Source: Planctomycetota bacterium (GTDB lineage Bacteria > Planctomycetota > UBA1135 > UBA2386). Taken from it: a stretch of DNA of 64,000 bases. This document shows, in pieces, positions 9,974 through 21,000 of this stretch (its first letter is position 1; each line of letters opens with the position of its first letter). The stretch is taken from assembly GCA_965228735.1 (NCBI GenBank), contig OZ245838.1, forward strand, positions 1,856,001-1,920,000. Direction: 5' to 3'. The position numbers were made by a program, and so were the translations under genes. The notes under the pieces were generated by a model. The model was not told the DNA's origin and searched no databases. It worked only from the letters and a program-made list of their open reading frames with translations.

Positions 9974-10049
9974 TGGTTGCCGGAGCGGGACTCGAACCCG
10001 CGACCTTCGGGGCATGAGCCCGACGAGCTGCCTGCTGCTCCATCCGGCG
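9974..10049 (-). tRNA. Phage initiator tRNA-fMet (CAU)
   Basis: 76-nt cloverleaf with C1xA72 mismatch, A11:U24, three G:C pairs in the anticodon stem, TTCGAGT T-loop, encoded CCA. Confidence 0.93.
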
Positions 10050-10054
10050 AAAGA

Positions 10055-10925
10055 AGGTCCCCGAGCCCGCGGTCACGGCGCCGGTCAGAACACCGCTGGG
10101 GCGTGGCATCACCCCACGGGCTCGGGGTCGCGGCCGCGGGCGGGAACTCACGGCCGTGAATGGGAAAGGCGGCAGCGGGCGGCGGATACTGGTACTGAGG
10201 TCGCCGCCTGCGGGGCTTTCGGGAAAAGGGGAAGAAGGAGAGTCTGCCCCGGCTCGCTGCCGTGTGTTCGGTTCGGAGAAAAAGGGCCCGGCCGCATCGG
10301 CACGCTCCCTGCGCGTGCCGACCCTCGCGCGGCCGGGCCGTCCCATGCACCTGCTCTGGCAGATTGCGTTCGACGCGCGCGACACCGCCCGGGTGCGCGC
10401 GGCCTGGTGTTCGGGCGGGGAAAACCTCGGGGTGGCTGTCACCGCAGCTGCGGCGCGGGCATCACTCCCTCGATGGCTTCTCGCCGAGAGGGTAGGAGCG
10501 TCGCCCGTGCCCAGCGGGTGGCGGTCCTGGTTGCGTGTACCGACCCCGCAACCCCGGCCGGCGGTTTCGGTAAGGCCCCCGAGAAAATCGCGGGAACGCG
10601 CATCCTCGGCCACCGCAGAGGCTTGGACCGGCAGCGCCGCGGCTCCTGCGGGCAATCCCTTAAGGCGGTATCGTTCTCCTCGGCGATGACGAGGAGTCCG
10701 GGAACCGACAGTCGAAAGAGTGGACCCACCGCTGCGGCCAGGCGCAGCGGTGAAGCCGTTCAGCTGGCCGCTGCTCGCGGTTGTGTGACCACCCGGTCGC
10801 ATGCACCGAGCCGCGCCTGGCGCTGTGCGGCTCGTTTCGGCGGCCAGAAGACTGGAAGCCGCGGTCGGAGAGTTCCGCCGCGGCAGTTGTGTCGTGGTTC
10901 GCATGGCGACTCCTGGGTGGTCACG
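10055..10925 (-). ncRNA. Candidate long structured RNA/leader upstream of the tRNA (strand uncertain)
   Basis: No convincing ORF; many nested stems, e.g. 10059-69/10117-27, 10285-95/10329-39, 10727-36/10743-52, 10785-96/10913-24. Confidence 0.45.
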
Positions 10926-10931
10926 GGGGTG

Positions 10932-10961
10932 AGCATTACCGGAAAACTATTGCTTCTGCAA
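10932..10961 (-). promoter_or_regulatory. Possible sigma70-type early promoter
   Basis: TTGCAG-N18-AATGCT in an AT-rich patch divergent from the repressor. Confidence 0.3.
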
Positions 10962-11066
10962 GCAGTGGATTCCCTGGTCTGCCAAGTTTCTCGTCGGGTG
11001 CGTATGCATTCACCGACCATCTGGGCAGACTGGCGAAGCGCTTCACGCCCCTCCCAGCCTCGACCA

Positions 11067-11492
11067 ATGCCGGACCTGCCGATCCTCGCCGCTCGGATCC
11101 GCGCCGCGCTCGCGCTCCGTCAAGCGACGCATGCGGCGCTCGCGGAGCGCACCGGGCGCTCGCTACGAACCGTTGGCAACTGGGTCGCGGGGCGCACTGA
11201 GCCGGAAGCGTCTGAGGTCGCTCTGATCGGCCGTGCTCTTGATGTCTCGACCGACTACTTGCTCGGACTGGTTGACCACGAACAAGGGCTACGGCCTGGC
11301 ATGTGGGTCATCGACGCCGACTCTGCACAGGTTCCCGCGCAGGGCGAGCGCTGGGCCTTTCAGATTCCGGCACGGCCACGACTTGTTGGCGAAGCCGAGA
11401 AGCTGAGGATTGAGAGCGCCGGCGAAGCGCAGCTTCGGCCGCGACCGCGCGGCCGTCCGCGTCGCAAAGGAGGGGACGATGGCCATCAATGA
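11067..11492 (+). CDS. XRE/CI-like HTH repressor (start about 11067)
   Basis: THAALAERTGRSLRTVGNWVAGRTEP...LDVSTDYLLG; divergent from the early operon. Confidence 0.85.
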   Translation: MPDLPILAARIRAALALRQATHAALAERTGRSLRTVGNWVAGRTEPEASEVALIGRALDVSTDYLLGLVDHEQGLRPGMWVIDADSAQVPAQGERWAFQIPARPRLVGEAEKLRIESAGEAQLRPRPRGRPRRKGGDDGHQ

Positions 11493-11832
11493 CGCATGCT
11501 GGGGTCGCCGGGCGGCGCAGTCCCGCGAAGCGACGCTGACGCGCACCTGCAGGCGCCTCCGCGCGTTCGCAGCCTTCTCGTTTTTGCTCGCAACAGCAGC
11601 CACGACGAAAGTCGCCTACGACATCTACACATGGCAGATGCCGAGCTCGATCGCGCGGCAACTCGCGCTGAAAGCTCAAACGGCGCACGAGCAGCGCGCA
11701 GCGATCGTGGCTTTGCACCAGGATGCCCGCGCATCGATCGAAGTCTTACGCCTGATCGTAGACGAGGGCGGGCCGAACGCCGAGCGCGCCCGCAACGCCC
11801 TCACGTACCTTCACGCCAAGACCGGGCGCTAG
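11479..11832 (+). CDS. Membrane-anchored hypothetical protein
   Basis: AAGGAGG before ATG; one hydrophobic segment. Confidence 0.6.
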   Translation: MAINDACWGRRAAQSREATLTRTCRRLRAFAAFSFLLATAATTKVAYDIYTWQMPSSIARQLALKAQTAHEQRAAIVALHQDARASIEVLRLIVDEGGPNAERARNALTYLHAKTGR

Positions 11833-12167
11833 GACGGGTCGACGATGTCGCCGTTTGCTGGCGCGTTGCCGGTCGGATCCGTGATGATGAAGGACTCCGC
11901 GTCGTCGGGGACAGTGATCGTGGTGCCCGACGAGCTCGTGATCTCCACCGTCTTCGGGCCCCCATCTGGCACCCACTTGATGTCGAGCGTCACCGGCAGC
12001 GTGCCGCTGTACTCGATCGTCATCGAGCCACCTTGCGTCGGTGGTGCCGGGTCGTACGTGATCTCCGCGGCGTCTGAATCGCTCATGCTCGCGCTCCCTG
12101 CTTCGTAGTCCGGTGGGATGATACCCAGGAGCGCAAGCACGGACAGGACCGACCAGTTCCATTCCAT
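11829..12167 (-). CDS. Small secreted beta-rich protein
   Basis: Hydrophobic N-terminus followed by an acidic Ig-like stretch. Confidence 0.55.
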   Translation of the reverse strand: MEWNWSVLSVLALLGIIPPDYEAGSASMSDSDAAEITYDPAPPTQGGSMTIEYSGTLPVTLDIKWVPDGGPKTVEITSSSGTTITVPDDAESFIITDPTGNAPANGDIVDPS

Positions 12168-12234
12168 GCCACCGGCATCGGCTGGCGGCGGGGGCTTCTT
12201 GACCCGGGGCGCGCTCGGAGTCTAGGTTTGAGGC

Positions 12235-12969
12235 ATGGAGAGGACGCCGCTAGACGCCAATACCAAAGTCGCCGGGATCGCCATCGCCAGCGCACTATTG
12301 GTCGCAGGATTCATTGCCTGGGCCGCATCGCAGGAATACCGCAACCTCACTGACTCCCAGACCAGCGCGACCGCACACTCCGCTGCCAAACCCTATCGCC
12401 CAGGTGATGGCATCCGCCGGCGGATGCGCGAAGAGGAAGCGGACAAGCTACGCGCAAGCGGAGCCCCACAGACCGAGATCGATCGCCTACAGGCAATCGA
12501 TCAACTCACGAGGCACCACCTGCGCGCCGCGGCGCTGAGGCTCGCGTCGATCCTGCGCACGCGGCCACGCTGCGCTGGCGCTCAGCTGTCAGAATGGAAG
12601 TGGCGCGACTGCGACGGAAAAACACCGGCCTCGGTCGAGCAACGCCCCGATGGGACTTGGGCGAAGCTTGACGCAGGCTACGCCGACCGCCCCACCCACG
12701 CAGTCCGATTCCATCCGCAGAAGCCAGAACTCTTCCCTCAATGCGAGCAGTGCTTCCAAAGCAGCGAGTCCGTGTTCCCTTGGGAATTCGCGCTCGCGTC
12801 AGCGGTACCGGAGGAGCTGCGCCGCGCCCCCACACCGTACGAAGAGATGGTCGACGCAGCAGCTCAACGTCTTCGAGCCAAGAAAGAGATCGAAACTGCC
12901 ACTCAGAAGGAGGGCATCAAGAAGGCCTATCGTTTCAATGAGCAGCTTGGCATCAAGATTCCGCGCTGA
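12235..12969 (+). CDS. Membrane-anchored hypothetical (cargo)
   Basis: N-terminal TM helix; 244 aa; lower GC. Confidence 0.6.
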   Translation: MERTPLDANTKVAGIAIASALLVAGFIAWAASQEYRNLTDSQTSATAHSAAKPYRPGDGIRRRMREEEADKLRASGAPQTEIDRLQAIDQLTRHHLRAAALRLASILRTRPRCAGAQLSEWKWRDCDGKTPASVEQRPDGTWAKLDAGYADRPTHAVRFHPQKPELFPQCEQCFQSSESVFPWEFALASAVPEELRRAPTPYEEMVDAAAQRLRAKKEIETATQKEGIKKAYRFNEQLGIKIPR

Positions 12970-12987
12970 CCGCCAATCAAGACGAAG

Positions 12988-13590
12988 GTGCCAATGCGCC
13001 CCTACGCGTCAGCAGCTCCTCGGGCGCTGAAGATGCTCGATTCCCGTCAAGCCCTGATCTCGAACCTCATCCTGTTCGCCTCGGACTTCGAGATGATCGA
13101 AGAGCTACGCGGAGTGGGTGTGCGCCGCAAGCTGCTCTCCGGGCTCGTGTCCTTGGGGCTTGAGAAGGTGGGCGTAAAGACGAGATGGAAGCACTGCCAC
13201 GAGCAGATCGAGAGAACCTTTTCGAAGGAGGACGCGGAACTCGTCTACGAGGAGCTCGACTGGCTGCGCATGGATTGGAATTCCTCCTCTGCGGTGAATG
13301 CGTCCGTCTTCGCCCCTGAGGACCGCAACGAGCGATTTGCCCTCAAGCTTCGCAGTGCCATGACGTCAGCGGAGGCGTACGTGCGCAGCATGGACAAAGG
13401 GGAGTACCCAGTTGGTTCTCGCTCAGAACATTGGGCGAAAAACCGAAGGGTCACCGCCGTGTCCGGGCTGGTTTGGCGCGCCTACCTTGATTCACTTCGA
13501 CGCGCCGAAGAGATGCGCTTGGCTCAGCCAGGCGCTCGCCCTTGGGCCGAGTGCCAGCAGCCGTCCGACGACTATCCGCGTCACTGGTGA
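12988..13590 (+). CDS. Hypothetical cargo protein
   Basis: 200-aa ORF, lower GC, protein-like composition. Confidence 0.55.
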   Translation: MPMRPYASAAPRALKMLDSRQALISNLILFASDFEMIEELRGVGVRRKLLSGLVSLGLEKVGVKTRWKHCHEQIERTFSKEDAELVYEELDWLRMDWNSSSAVNASVFAPEDRNERFALKLRSAMTSAEAYVRSMDKGEYPVGSRSEHWAKNRRVTAVSGLVWRAYLDSLRRAEEMRLAQPGARPWAECQQPSDDYPRHW

Positions 13591-13600
13591 GGCGGCGCGA

Positions 13601-13906
13601 ATGAACTCCAAGCTCTTCCAAACCGCCGATGACGTGTTCGACCACTTCATCCCGTCCTGGCGGAAGCACTCTCCAACCTGCGCGGTTTCCGACGCGACCG
13701 TCCAACGCACCCGCCCGGACCTAGGTGGCAAGGAGTGGCGCCGGATGCTCCGCAGTCGCGCCCGCGCCGCGGTCGCTGACGACGTCGAACAACAGCTTGC
13801 CGACGACTTCGACGGCTGCCTGTTCCCGTCCGTGATCTGCGACTGCCCGGAGTGCACGACCGACCTGGACGCGTTCGAGCGCCGCATGGAGCTCGCCGGT
13901 CGTTGA
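13601..13906 (+). CDS. Hypothetical protein with CxCxxC motif
   Basis: MNSKLFQ...CDCPEC. Confidence 0.45.
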   Translation: MNSKLFQTADDVFDHFIPSWRKHSPTCAVSDATVQRTRPDLGGKEWRRMLRSRARAAVADDVEQQLADDFDGCLFPSVICDCPECTTDLDAFERRMELAGR

Positions 13907-14343
13907 CCGCCAGCGCGGAAGTCCCTAGCGTGGACTGTGCCTAGCTTCCGCGACCAGCGCTCATGGCGACCCACACCCGGGCCGATATGAGAATGCCCGC
14001 CCGGCTGGTCCGGGCAGGGATCGCGCCCCTCCGGCTCGTCGACCAGCTTCCCGCAAAGAAATCAGGTCGGCGGGCCGGCTCTATTTCGGCTCCCTGACCG
14101 AATTCGCAACCCCCGGTGTTGACGTGCGTTCCGCACCGCGGAGCGCCAATGTCGCCCAATTCTGTCCGGACACCCTTGACGAAACCGCGTCCGAGGCGAA
14201 ATCTGCATACAGAGTGGGAGTCGCGAATCCCGCCGCCCCCACCGCCGTTTCCTGGGTCGCCGCGTCCTAGGAATACCTCGTTCGGATCCTCAATCTGACG
14301 GCCTCACTGGCCGATGGGATCCGACAGACTCTCGCCCGAGCCA

Positions 14344-14817
14344 ATGAGCCAGACTCCGCAAACCCTTCCGCTGCTGTTCACCTTCAGCCAACTCGTAGCC
14401 GGCAACGGCTTCGTGGCAGGCGTTCGGATGGCAGGCAAGGCGCTCGTGGAGGACGAGGACGACGAGTTCTGGGTGACTGGCGTCGCGCCCGTCGGCATCG
14501 CCGCATCCGGAGCGACCCGTGACGCCGCGCTCGCGGAGTTCCGGAAGGCCTGGACCTCGGTGCTGTTCGACCTCGCTGCGCAAGCCCAGTCGTTCGCGGA
14601 GTTCAAAACCGCGTCCGAGGCCTTCCTCGACAGCTCCGAGTCCCGCATCAGCGACCTGTGGGCAGCTGCCGTCGCGGTGATCCGCAACTCCGGCTACCAA
14701 GACCCGGAGCTGCAGCGCGGCAACGCGAACGACCAGCCGCGGTTCGAGGTCGTCGAGATCGTCCAGCCTGCGGCGGACGCGAACGAGTTCGACCCCAACC
14801 CGCTCCTCGCCGCGTAG
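14344..14817 (+). CDS. hicB: HicB-like antitoxin
   Basis: EDEDDEFWV...GIAASGATRDAALAEFRKA resembles the HicB partial RNase H fold; acidic. Confidence 0.6.
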   Translation: MSQTPQTLPLLFTFSQLVAGNGFVAGVRMAGKALVEDEDDEFWVTGVAPVGIAASGATRDAALAEFRKAWTSVLFDLAAQAQSFAEFKTASEAFLDSSESRISDLWAAAVAVIRNSGYQDPELQRGNANDQPRFEVVEIVQPAADANEFDPNPLLAA

Positions 14818-15072
14818 GTGAAGGTCGTTCTGCTGGGGAAGCTCCGCAAGGCACTCGAGAAGTGTCTTCCGGGCTGCGAGTGGAAACTCGGCGTCCACAA
14901 CTGGCACGTCTACCCGCCGGGCGGTGGTGCCTGCTTCCATGTCCCTTCGGGCCCGCACGGCAAGGGCGACCGCAGCGAGATCAAGGTGGGTTACGCCCGC
15001 CGAATGGCTCTGTTGTTCAAGATCGAGGACTGCTTTCAGACCGAACTGGGCTACCCCGCCAAGAAGAAGTAG
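14818..15072 (+). CDS. hicA: HicA-like mRNA interferase
   Basis: 84 aa, basic; GVHNWHVY...VPSGPHGKG..EIKVGYARR; abuts hicB-like gene. Confidence 0.65.
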   Translation: MKVVLLGKLRKALEKCLPGCEWKLGVHNWHVYPPGGGACFHVPSGPHGKGDRSEIKVGYARRMALLFKIEDCFQTELGYPAKKK

Positions 15073-15073
15073 T

Positions 15074-18000
15074 TCACCGCGACCCCGGGCTCGCCGACCC
15101 CGTCACCAACCCCCGCCAGTAGTCGAAGTCACTCGTCGGCTGCACCTCGCCGCGTTCGACGTCCCGCAGGAACCCGAACGGCTTCACCGCCGCCGCCGGC
15201 GGCGCCCCGAGCAGCAACCCGAACAGCGTGAAGATGTCGCGGATGTCGCGCCCCTTCACCTCACGTGCGATGTCCGGCTTGCTGTCGAGCACCGTGCCAT
15301 CGGTCAGCAGCTGGAACGACGCCCTGAGCCCGCGGCCCGCCGTCTCGATCGCGCCCATGGACGCCCCGAACGACAACCGACCCCGCGACCGCTCGTCGAA
15401 CAGCATCCGCGACAGCATCGGCCCCACGACCGGCGCCCCGATCGCCGCACCCGACTGCACCGCTTCCCCGAACGCCCACCGCGTCACGTCGTCCATCAGC
15501 GCGCCGTCGGCGTCCTCGTCATCCCAGCCGCCACGCAACGCCTGCGTGATCGCGGCCGCTCCGACGCCCATGAACGCCGTCAGCGTCGCGAACCGCTGAA
15601 TCCGCAGCGGCGTCGTCTGCCCCTCGAGCGTCAGGTTCCAGAACACGAACCAGATCGATCCGAACTGCGTCAGCATGCGACCGAGCGCACCTGCGCGCTC
15701 CGCCGCCGACAGGTCCGGCGCCAGCCCGCTGCCCTGCGTGCGACGCACCGCCGAGTCTGCCTCCTGCACCGCGTCCTTCTGACTCTTGCCGGTCTCGGTC
15801 GCGTGGTCGTAGACCGCGCCCCACGTGATCACGTCGACGGGCGACTGGATGAGCCGCTGTAGGAAGTACGCGTTCCGGGACATCCAGTGCTGCGAGCGAC
15901 TGAGCAGGTTCGGCTTCAACACGACATCGATGTCATCGACGATCTGCCCCATCTGCTCGACCAGGCGCAGATCCATGAACTTCGACAGCTCGATGACCCG
16001 CTGCACGTACTCGCGCGGGTTCGACACGAACTTCGCGCTCGCGGCCTTCGCATTGCGCAGCGGCGCGACAAACCCCGCAGCAACGAGCCCGGTCGCTTGC
16101 TGGGCGGCGTTCGCCACGTTGCCCATCATGTAAAGCTGGCCGACGTTGCGACGGATCGTCACCAGGATCTTGTCCAACCAGCGATTGACGCCGGGCTTCA
16201 TCACCCGGTTGAGCAGCGTGTCCTTGATCCAGGGCCGGATGATCCCCGGGATGATGTGCGGGTCGATCCGATTCAGCTCGTCCCTGAGCTCCTTGTTCTG
16301 GAGCAGCCGCCAAACCTGACGTCCCGGCTTCTGCATGTGCAGGAAACGCAGGTGCTCATCGAAGTGCTCGACGCGCTCGCGGATGTTCGAGACCAGCGAC
16401 CGGTTGACCTCGACACGCTGGTGCGCGAAGTCGCGGCCGGTGCTCGGGATCGGGCTCGCCGTGTCGTGCACACTGACGTCGCCGTCGCCGCGGGCGAGCG
16501 CCGACGGGTCTTGCTTCGGGTCTGGCTTGGCCGGCACGTAGCCGCCCTCGTAGACGCCCCAAGGCGTCTGGAACGACCGACGATCCAGCTGCGGGATCTG
16601 ATAGCCGTAGACCTCGAAGTGGACCTTCTGGGTGCGCTCGAAGCGCTCGTGGTAGGAGTTCCAGAACAGCTGCAGGAAGTCGACGTCGGCCTTCGTGATC
16701 TTGCGATCTTCGATCATGCGCTCGAAGAAGGCCCAGAACGGCGCCGTGTTGATCGGACCGTCGCGCTCGCGCGGCTGCGGCACCCACTTTGAACCGAGCA
16801 ACCGCTTGCGCAGATTGCTCTCGTTGCCCATGTCGAGCAGCGCGCCGAGCAGCTCGGCCTTGTTTGCGAACACGTGGCCGTTGAGCTCCGGCGCCTCGAT
16901 CTGGCCACTCGGCAAGTCGAGCTTGTTGAGCCCATCGTGGATCGTCTTGACGACGTCGTTCCGCTCGGCCAGGTAGTCGACATGCGCGTCGCGAAGCGGC
17001 GCAAACATGTGCTTGTGCATGACACCAGGTCGGCCGCCGTCCACCCTGACCGCGAAACTCTCGAAGTGTCGAATCGACGCCTTGACGCTTCCGAACGACC
17101 ATTGGCGCTCTTCGGCCTTCGTCAGGGGCCTGATCGGGGCGTTGGGGTCCCGGCGGTCTTCGCCAAACGTCTTCTGGACCTGCTCGACGATTTCACCGGC
17201 GACCTGAGCCAGCGCCACTCGCTCGCCATCCACCTCGGCCTGCTTGCTGTCCCGCGCCTTCTCCCACAGCGCCTTCGCGACGCGGTAGACCTCGCGCAGC
17301 TGCGCCAGCGTGAGGTCTGCACGGCTGTCCGGATGGAACTCGGCCTCCCCAATGACCTCGGACAGGTCCCTGGCGGTCGCCTCGTCGTACTCCGTCACCG
17401 CCTCCAGATGCGGCTTCCAATCATGCGGTCCGTTGCCGCGTACACCGTCGGCGTCAGGGCCGTGCACTCCGCTCCGCGGCCGCTGCGGGCCGAGGCGGTT
17501 GGAGGCCAGCAGCGCGCGGCCCGCGGCGACGATGTTCACGTCGCGGTCCTTCCCGAGCTTGCTGTCAGGCTGGTTGAACCGCTTGAACAGCGTCTCCGCC
17601 TTCTCGATCTCCTCGCGCGCCTTCGTCGCCGCCGCCGCCATCTGCTGCTGCAGCGCCTCTCGCCGCTTCGCCGCGGCCGCCGCCGGCACGTCGCCGCGCG
17701 CGATCGCCTCGGTCGCCTCCCGCCGAGCGCGCCGCTCGGCGAGCGTGAACTGATACGGCCGGATCGAACCGATCGGCCGCTCCGCGATCGCGGTCTCGGC
17801 CGCGGCCTTCGCCGCGCGCAGCATCTGACTGACCGGTCCCACCGAACCGCTCAGCGCCCGCAGCTCGAGCTGCACCAGGCGCTGCCGCGATCCGTTGCGC
17901 AGCGCCTGGTCGACCGCTGCCTGCAGCTTCGCCGCGTCGTCGGTCAGCTCGGCGTGCTCGGCCTCGATCCGCTCCTGCAGCCGCGCGTCGATCGCGTCAT

Positions 18001-21000
18001 CACGCCGCGGCGCGGCCGCGAGCGCCTTCACCAGCGCCTCGCCGGTCTCGAACTCGAACATGCCGGCGACCACGTCGGGCGGCAGGCCCTCGCGCGAGGT
18101 CAGGTTGCCGCCGCCGAAGTTCCGAAGGTCAGTGCCAGACGGCAGAATCCGGCGCACGGCGGCCGTGTTCAGCCGGTACTGGCCGGTTTCGCGCTGGACC
18201 TCCCCAGACTCGTCCACCGTTTCCCCGCGCCTCAGCCAGCGCATGGCGCGATAGACGGGGTCTTGGGCGACCTCCTCGGCAACCTCGTTGCGCATCGTCC
18301 GCCGTAGCTCGCGCTCGCGGGCGCGCAGCTGGCGCAGCTCCTTCAGGCTGCGGCGCGCGAGCTCGCTCGAGGCCGCGTCCCGCGCTTCCTGGACTGTGGC
18401 CTGGTAGTCCGCCCAGGCCGCATCGTCCATGCCGGACTGCTCCTGGCTCTCGAACGCGGACTCGGCCGCGGCGTGCTGCACCTGCTGCTCGCTCGCGAAC
18501 AGCCGGTCCATGAAGTCGCGGACCTCGCCGGTCAGCGCCGGCAGATCCTCGCCGAAGTCGCGGCGGTACGTGGCGTTGAGCTGGCCGGCGATGGCCTCGT
18601 AGACCTTCCGCAGCCAGCCCGCGAACTTGTCGTACCAGCGCTGCAGCGTCGGGGTCGGCGCCTTGCCATCGGCCATGTACTGCTCGAAGTTCAGCGCGAA
18701 CCGCTCGTGGTGCTTCCGCTGCTGTTCGAGCGACATCGCCTGCCAGGCCTCGATGCTCTCGACTCCGAACTTGTTCAGCAGCCCCTCGACGCGCTCGCGC
18801 AGCTGCACGGGAGCGTCCGGGCTCGCAGCCATGTCGGTGTAGAGCGACAGCCAGAAGTGCGCGGACTCGTGCAGGAACGTCGACAGGTTGGCGTTCTCGT
18901 GCAGCGTGATCGTGCGGGTGCGCGGGTTGAACTTGCCGCGGGAGCCGCTGCGGAGCTCGTCGTCCTGTGTCTGCTCGGACTGCGCCTGCGCATCTTGCGC
19001 ATCTTGCGCATCCGGCTGCTCCTCCTTCGTAACCGGAGGCTGATCGGCCGTTTCCGACGGCTCCGCTCGTTGCGCATCCTGTGCCTGCGCATCTTTCGCA
19101 GTTTTCGTATCCGGCTGCTCCTCGTTCTGGAGCAGGTCCGGCCCTACGTCCGGTAGATCCCGGCGCTTCACCTTCACGGTCACGCCGAATCGCTGCGCCA
19201 CGTCCGCCGGCAGCTCCCCGAGCTCGCGCGCCAGCACCTCGTAGCCGGCGCGCCACAGCGCCGCATGCGCCTGCGCCGCGGTCCGGTTCATGGCCTTCGG
19301 CAGATCGAACGCCACCCCCTCGAGCCGCGCGCGCACCACCCGCTCGACCTCGGCCCCCGACTCACGGAACTGCTCCTCGAAGTCCTCGCTCTGCTCGAAC
19401 GCTTCGCGCGCGTCCTCGGCGCGCTCCTCCTCGTTCTGGAGCAGCTCCTCGGCCTCGACCGCGCTGTACGCGTCTGCCGTCACGCGTACGTGCGGCAGCA
19501 GGGCCTGGCCGATCTCGCGGCGCGCGATGCGCTGGAAGTCGCCCGCGTTGATCTCGATCGCGCCCCCAGTGCGCACGGCCTCGTCGAGCTTCGCGGCGAT
19601 TCCTGGGATCTCCGCCTCGATCTGCTCGAGCGGGACCTGCTGCTCCTCGAGCACCTGGTTGAAGCGCTCGCCGTCGATGAACATGTCGGGCGCGTTCTCG
19701 GCGGCCTGTTGGAAGAACTCCTCGGCCCGCTCCGGGTCGCGCTCGGCCAGCTTGCTGGCCTGCAGGAAGCTGGCGGCCTGCTGCATGCTCTCGAACGACT
19801 GCTGCGCCTGGCGCGCGCGCATCGTGTCGCTCAGGAACTGCGAGCCGGCGCTGGCCCCGCCGAGCAGTGCGGTGCCGTACAGCGTCTGCACGATGATGCC
19901 ATGCAGGCGTTCGAGGACCTCGTCGGACGTGATGGCCGGCAGCGGCTGCTCCAGGTCGCCCTCGGTCGGCTGGAACGACTCGTCGAAGCCGATGACGTTG
20001 CGGGCGCTGGGGTCGAGCGACAGCGTCTCGCTGCGCGCCACGACCTCGCCGACGATGTTCGAGAGCTCCTGGACGGTCTCCGTGCCGATCTCGCCGCCGG
20101 TCGCCTTCAACGTGTTCCACCCGAGTCGCCGCAGGCGGCGCGCGAGCGTCGGATCGACCATGGCTTCGGCGATCTCTTTCGACAGGCGTCGGCGAAGCGC
20201 GTCCCGCACCGGCTTGGTGGCGATCGCGCCGCCGATGGCGCCGCCAGTGGCTTCCATGAGGCCGTTGAAGATGCCGACCCCGAACGCGGCCTGGCTCGCC
20301 GCCTGGCGGTCGTAGCCGGCTGCACGCATGTCGACGTACGCGTTGCCGGCCTCGACCTGCGCCGAGTGCGCCGCGACCCCCGCGATCGCCCCGATCCCGA
20401 GACCCTTCACAGCGCCCGCTGTTGCGGTCACGGGCGCGAGCGGGCCGCCAGCCGCCCCCAGCGCGGCGCCTGTTGCCGCGCCGATCGTCGCGGTCGTCAT
20501 GACGGTCGGCAGTCCTTCGCTCAACTGCCCGAGCGTGCGCGCCGTGCCGGTCGTGAAGCCGCTCGACTCCGCCGGCAGCGACCGCAGGCGCCGCTGCACG
20601 CTGGCCAGCTGTCGCACGACCTCATCCTCCGCCGGCAACTCCTGCAGCCTGGTCGCATCGATCGCGCGGTCGATGAGTGTCGGGTCCTTCTGGTCCTCGA
20701 TCTGCCGCCACAGGTCGCCCAGCGTTCCGCGCTGGCTGGTCAGTTCGCCGGCGCGGTAGTTGCGCCGCATCTCCTCGAACCAACCCTCGATGCCCTGCAG
20801 GTTGTCGAGGTCGTCGTGCGCGATCTGGGCGAAGCTGCGGTCCTTCAGCTGCTCCGCAAGAATGGGGCTATGCGTGGCGAGGTCGCGGAGCTCCAACTGC
20901 TCCATCGCGATCAGCTCGCGGACCTGATTCGGCTTGAGGTCGGACAGCGCATCAGTTGGCAGCCCTCGCCTGCGTGCCAGGCGCTGGATGTTCGCGGCGT

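Noticed and set aside
9672..11066. Long N-terminal extension of the repressor ORF (606 aa)
   Set aside because: It runs antisense across the tRNA and the structured region; the HTH begins at the ATG at 11067.
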